Shown: in pieces, positions 22,474 through 25,326 of the stretch | Layout: each line of letters begins with the position of its first letter | How positions within the stretch are numbered: position 1 is the stretch's first letter | Origin: Geosiphon pyriformis uo1 | Lineage: Eukaryota > Fungi > Glomeromycota | Assembly: GCA_016748015.1 (NCBI GenBank) | Contig: JAAOMT010000222.1 | Coordinates: 932,401-957,726, forward strand | Length of the DNA: 25,326 nt | Direction of reading: 5' to 3' | The notes under the pieces: model-generated | Told to the model about the DNA's origin: nothing | The model's input: the letters and a program-made list of their open reading frames with translations, nothing else | The model's database searches: none | Made by a program: the position numbers and the translations under genes

Positions 22474-23806
22474 ATGGCACCTCAGCAATTCTTTCACGCT
22501 TTATCCAATGATTTCGGGAGTCTATTTAACACTCAGAAGTTCTCTGATGTTAGAATTATAGTTGGCGAAGCGCCCAATATTAGAACTTTTCATGCTCATT
22601 CACAAATTTTAGCAGCAAGATCACCATATTTTGCTGTAGCACTCTCTGGCAATTGGATTAAAAGGGAAAATAATACTATTATCTTCAATAAACCTAATAT
22701 TTCACCTAATATTTTTGAAATAATTCTCAGGTAAGAGTTTCATTTGCTTTAAAGAATTTTAGCTAACATTAAATCATATGTTTCATTTTCCTGGTACAGA
22801 TATATTTATAATGGCGAGATTTCTCTTGATAAGCATGCAGTACCTACCATTTTAGAATTGCTTGTCACCGCTGACGAGCTTATTCTAGAAAAAATTATTG
22901 ATCTCCTTGAAGATTATTTGATTGAACACCATGCAAAAGAGCTAGAAGAAAATTTTGCCACTTTGCAAAAAACTTCATTTATGCATGATTCTTTCAAAAA
23001 GTTACAAAATTTTTGCACCGAAATAATTGTTAATAATTCAGCTATAGTCTTCAACTCCCAAGATTTCAACTCCCTTAGTGAAAATGCTCTTTCCTCAATT
23101 TTAACTCGGGATGACCTAAATATAGAAGAATCTAAGATATGGGAAAAGATTGTGGAATGGGGAGTTGCTAAATTGGATAAAAATATTCAGATGAAAGAAG
23201 TTCTTACCTGGACAGATGANNNNNNNNNNNNNNNNNNNNNNNNNNNNNNNNNNNNNNNNNNNNNNNNNNNNNNNNNNNNNNNNNNNNNNNNNNNNNNNNN
23301 NNNNNNNNNNNNNNNNNNNNNNNNNNNNNNNNNNNNNNNNNNNNNNNNNNNNNNNNNNNNNNNNNNNNNTACTTCGAGGCAGTCGAGACGGATTCACTCC
23401 AGCCGATTTTCATCGATTATGTGATGATAAAGGAGCAACAGTAAGCGTAATCAAAGTGAAAGGAACTGGTCAGCTAATTGGCGGCTATAACCCACAATCA
23501 TGGCATTCTAAAAACGCTTGGTTGCAGGGAGAAGGAAGTTTTATTTTTTCCCTTGGAGATGGCAATGCTGGAAATGCTAAACTTAGCAAATTTGTTGGCG
23601 CACATGGACCTTATGATGGGTCACATTATGGACCCAATTTTGGAAGTCGGGATATTTGGTTGAGTGGCAATGACTATAAAAGTAGACCAAGGTGCTTTTG
23701 TTCAAATACAACAGATTATGAGCATGCTATAATGCCTGGTTCAGAAAATCAACAGGTGAATTTCTTTGTCGAGGAATATGAAGTTTTTCAAATTATAAAA
23801 AGATAA
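22474..23806 (+). CDS. BTB/POZ-BACK-TLDc domain protein, interrupted by an assembly gap
   Basis: Exon1 22474-22730 (BTB: FSDVRIIVG...FHAHSQILAARSPYF...FEIILR), GT-AG intron 22731-22799, exon2 from 22800 (YIYNGEI..., BACK: SILTRDDLNIEESKIWEKIVEWG), N gap 23220-23369, then TLDc (LRGSRDGFTPADFHRLCDDKGATV...IGGYNP...GPNFG...VEEYEVFQI*). Confidence 0.92.
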
Positions 23807-25161
23807 ATTCGTTTTTATTTAACTTGTTTATACATTTTCTGAAGTCTTACCACCCAATTTATAAATTTTTTACTGCCAGAATATTCTATAGCCATTTATT
23901 TGAGCTTTACAATAAAGTTAAAAGAATATCATTTGATTTATTCTAAACATTTAAATTTTTTAAAATTGAAAAATAAAACTATTTCAAATTTTTTAATTAA
24001 TGTTTCTAAATTTGTTTATTGATTCAAAGATTTATTATGTAGTGGTGGATTTAGAACAAATTCATGCTCACATGGTAAATTTAAAAATTAAATTGTAATT
24101 CTTTAGAGTAGTTTCAAAAGCTGATATTTTTTATTTGAATATTGAAAACCGTATTTACTAGATTAAAACAGCCAATAGAACCAAATTCTGGGGTTTTACA
24201 TTCACTAATGCATAACTTTTAATGTTCTTGAACCAGTTATGGACCCAAATTTAGAGTAAAATAAATCAATAGCTCGAACAATTTTTTGTTTGGAACAATT
24301 GTTAATACGTTATTAGTTTATTTTAAATCATTATTTTGATGTTTTCAGTGTATTCAGCATTTATAATTTTTATATAACAGCTAATTTTTACTGGCTAGTA
24401 AAAATTTAAAAGCAGTTTAAATTTTTGCTTCTAAAGGTATTTCAAAAATAATTCTTAAATCTATTCTGGTTAATGTTTTTGGTGGTATCAATTATATAGT
24501 TTTTTATTGTAATATATATTTGAACTGAATGGCCAAGTCGTTTTTGTTCAGACTATTGGGATAGTTGGGAATCCTTTTTTTTCCAAATTTGGTTTTTTTA
24601 TGAGTAATGGTATGTCGTTAGGATACCTTTTTAAATTCGATTGGTAATGATAAAGAATAATATATTTCTGTCAAAGTTTTATTCTAATCATTTTTGTTGT
24701 TTTGTTAAGGAATAATAGTGATTCGCAATTTTATAAAACATTTCCATTTATCTAAATGATATTAGCTAAACGAGATAAAAATTTGAGAAAGGAATCATAG
24801 GATTATTGATGTTTAAACATATAATTATTACCTATTCATTTTAAAAAAATTTCAAGTGTGATGACTATTAACTATAAAGCGATTTTTTTGAAAGAAATTT
24901 ATATATAAACATATATTGGAATATTAATATCTTTATGATTGGCTGGTAATTTTAAACTTAGAAATTTTGCCTCTGCAATCTTTAGCCTTATAACAAATGA
25001 GAATTTTTTTTTTAATTTATTTTTATGTGAATAATAAAAATTCACAAATATAATTTGGCACTTAAATCATTGACAATTGGACTATGGTGCAGATCATTTA
25101 TAGTCATCAAACAATTTATATAATTTTAAATTGTATCTAGTCTTCCAATTTTAATAATATT

Positions 25162-25226
25162 AAAAAACTAAACCGTAAATATGATAGATTAAGTTCTTCT
25201 CTTTCACATTTACGGTTTAATTTTTT
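25162..25226. repeat. Short inverted repeat (hairpin), ~23-bp arms with a 19-nt loop
   Basis: 'aaaaaactaaaccgtaaatatga' pairs with 'tcacatttacggtttaatttttt' (2 mismatches). Confidence 0.7.
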
Positions 25227-25326
25227 GAATTATAATATATTTTATAAAGTTATTAAAGTTTAAAATTAGCCACTTTTATTATTAATCTTTAATTTTCGGA
25301 TGCCGATCAATCAGATTTTAGCCAAT

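Noticed and set aside
24050-24900. Possible decayed retroelement or gene fragment
   Set aside because: No recognisable conserved motif by eye; needs tBLASTx or RepeatMasker.
1-25326. CRISPR arrays, rRNA/tRNA genes, prokaryotic operons or defence systems
   Set aside because: No repeat-spacer periodicity or RNA-gene signatures seen; the genes have spliceosomal introns and eukaryotic domain architectures.

Overview
Very AT-rich, intron-containing eukaryotic DNA. The gene families present (BTB-BACK-TLDc, Sel1 repeats, a Cys-rich kinase-leader relic) suggest an early-diverging fungus, most likely Glomeromycota (arbuscular mycorrhizal fungi); this taxonomy is inference. The window holds three tandem minus-strand paralogues of a 4-exon, N-terminally anchored or secreted class-3 lipase-fold gene. 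All three read G-H-G-V-G-G instead of G-H-S-L-G-G at the nucleophile elbow and have Pro at the oxyanion-hole position, but they keep the triad Asp/His motifs, open frames and GT-AG splice sites. They look like a maintained pseudo-lipase family with a hypervariable exon 2 and a recent gene-conversion tract. Also present are an intact single-exon Sel1-repeat gene, a divergently oriented Sel1 (probably Sel1-kinase) pseudogene and a BTB-BACK-TLDc gene. About 9 kb consists of transition-eroded transposon relics: two Ty3/Gypsy pol fragments, a Plavaka/CACTA-like transposase, a Tc1/mariner transposase and a ~1.25 kb fold-back inverted repeat.
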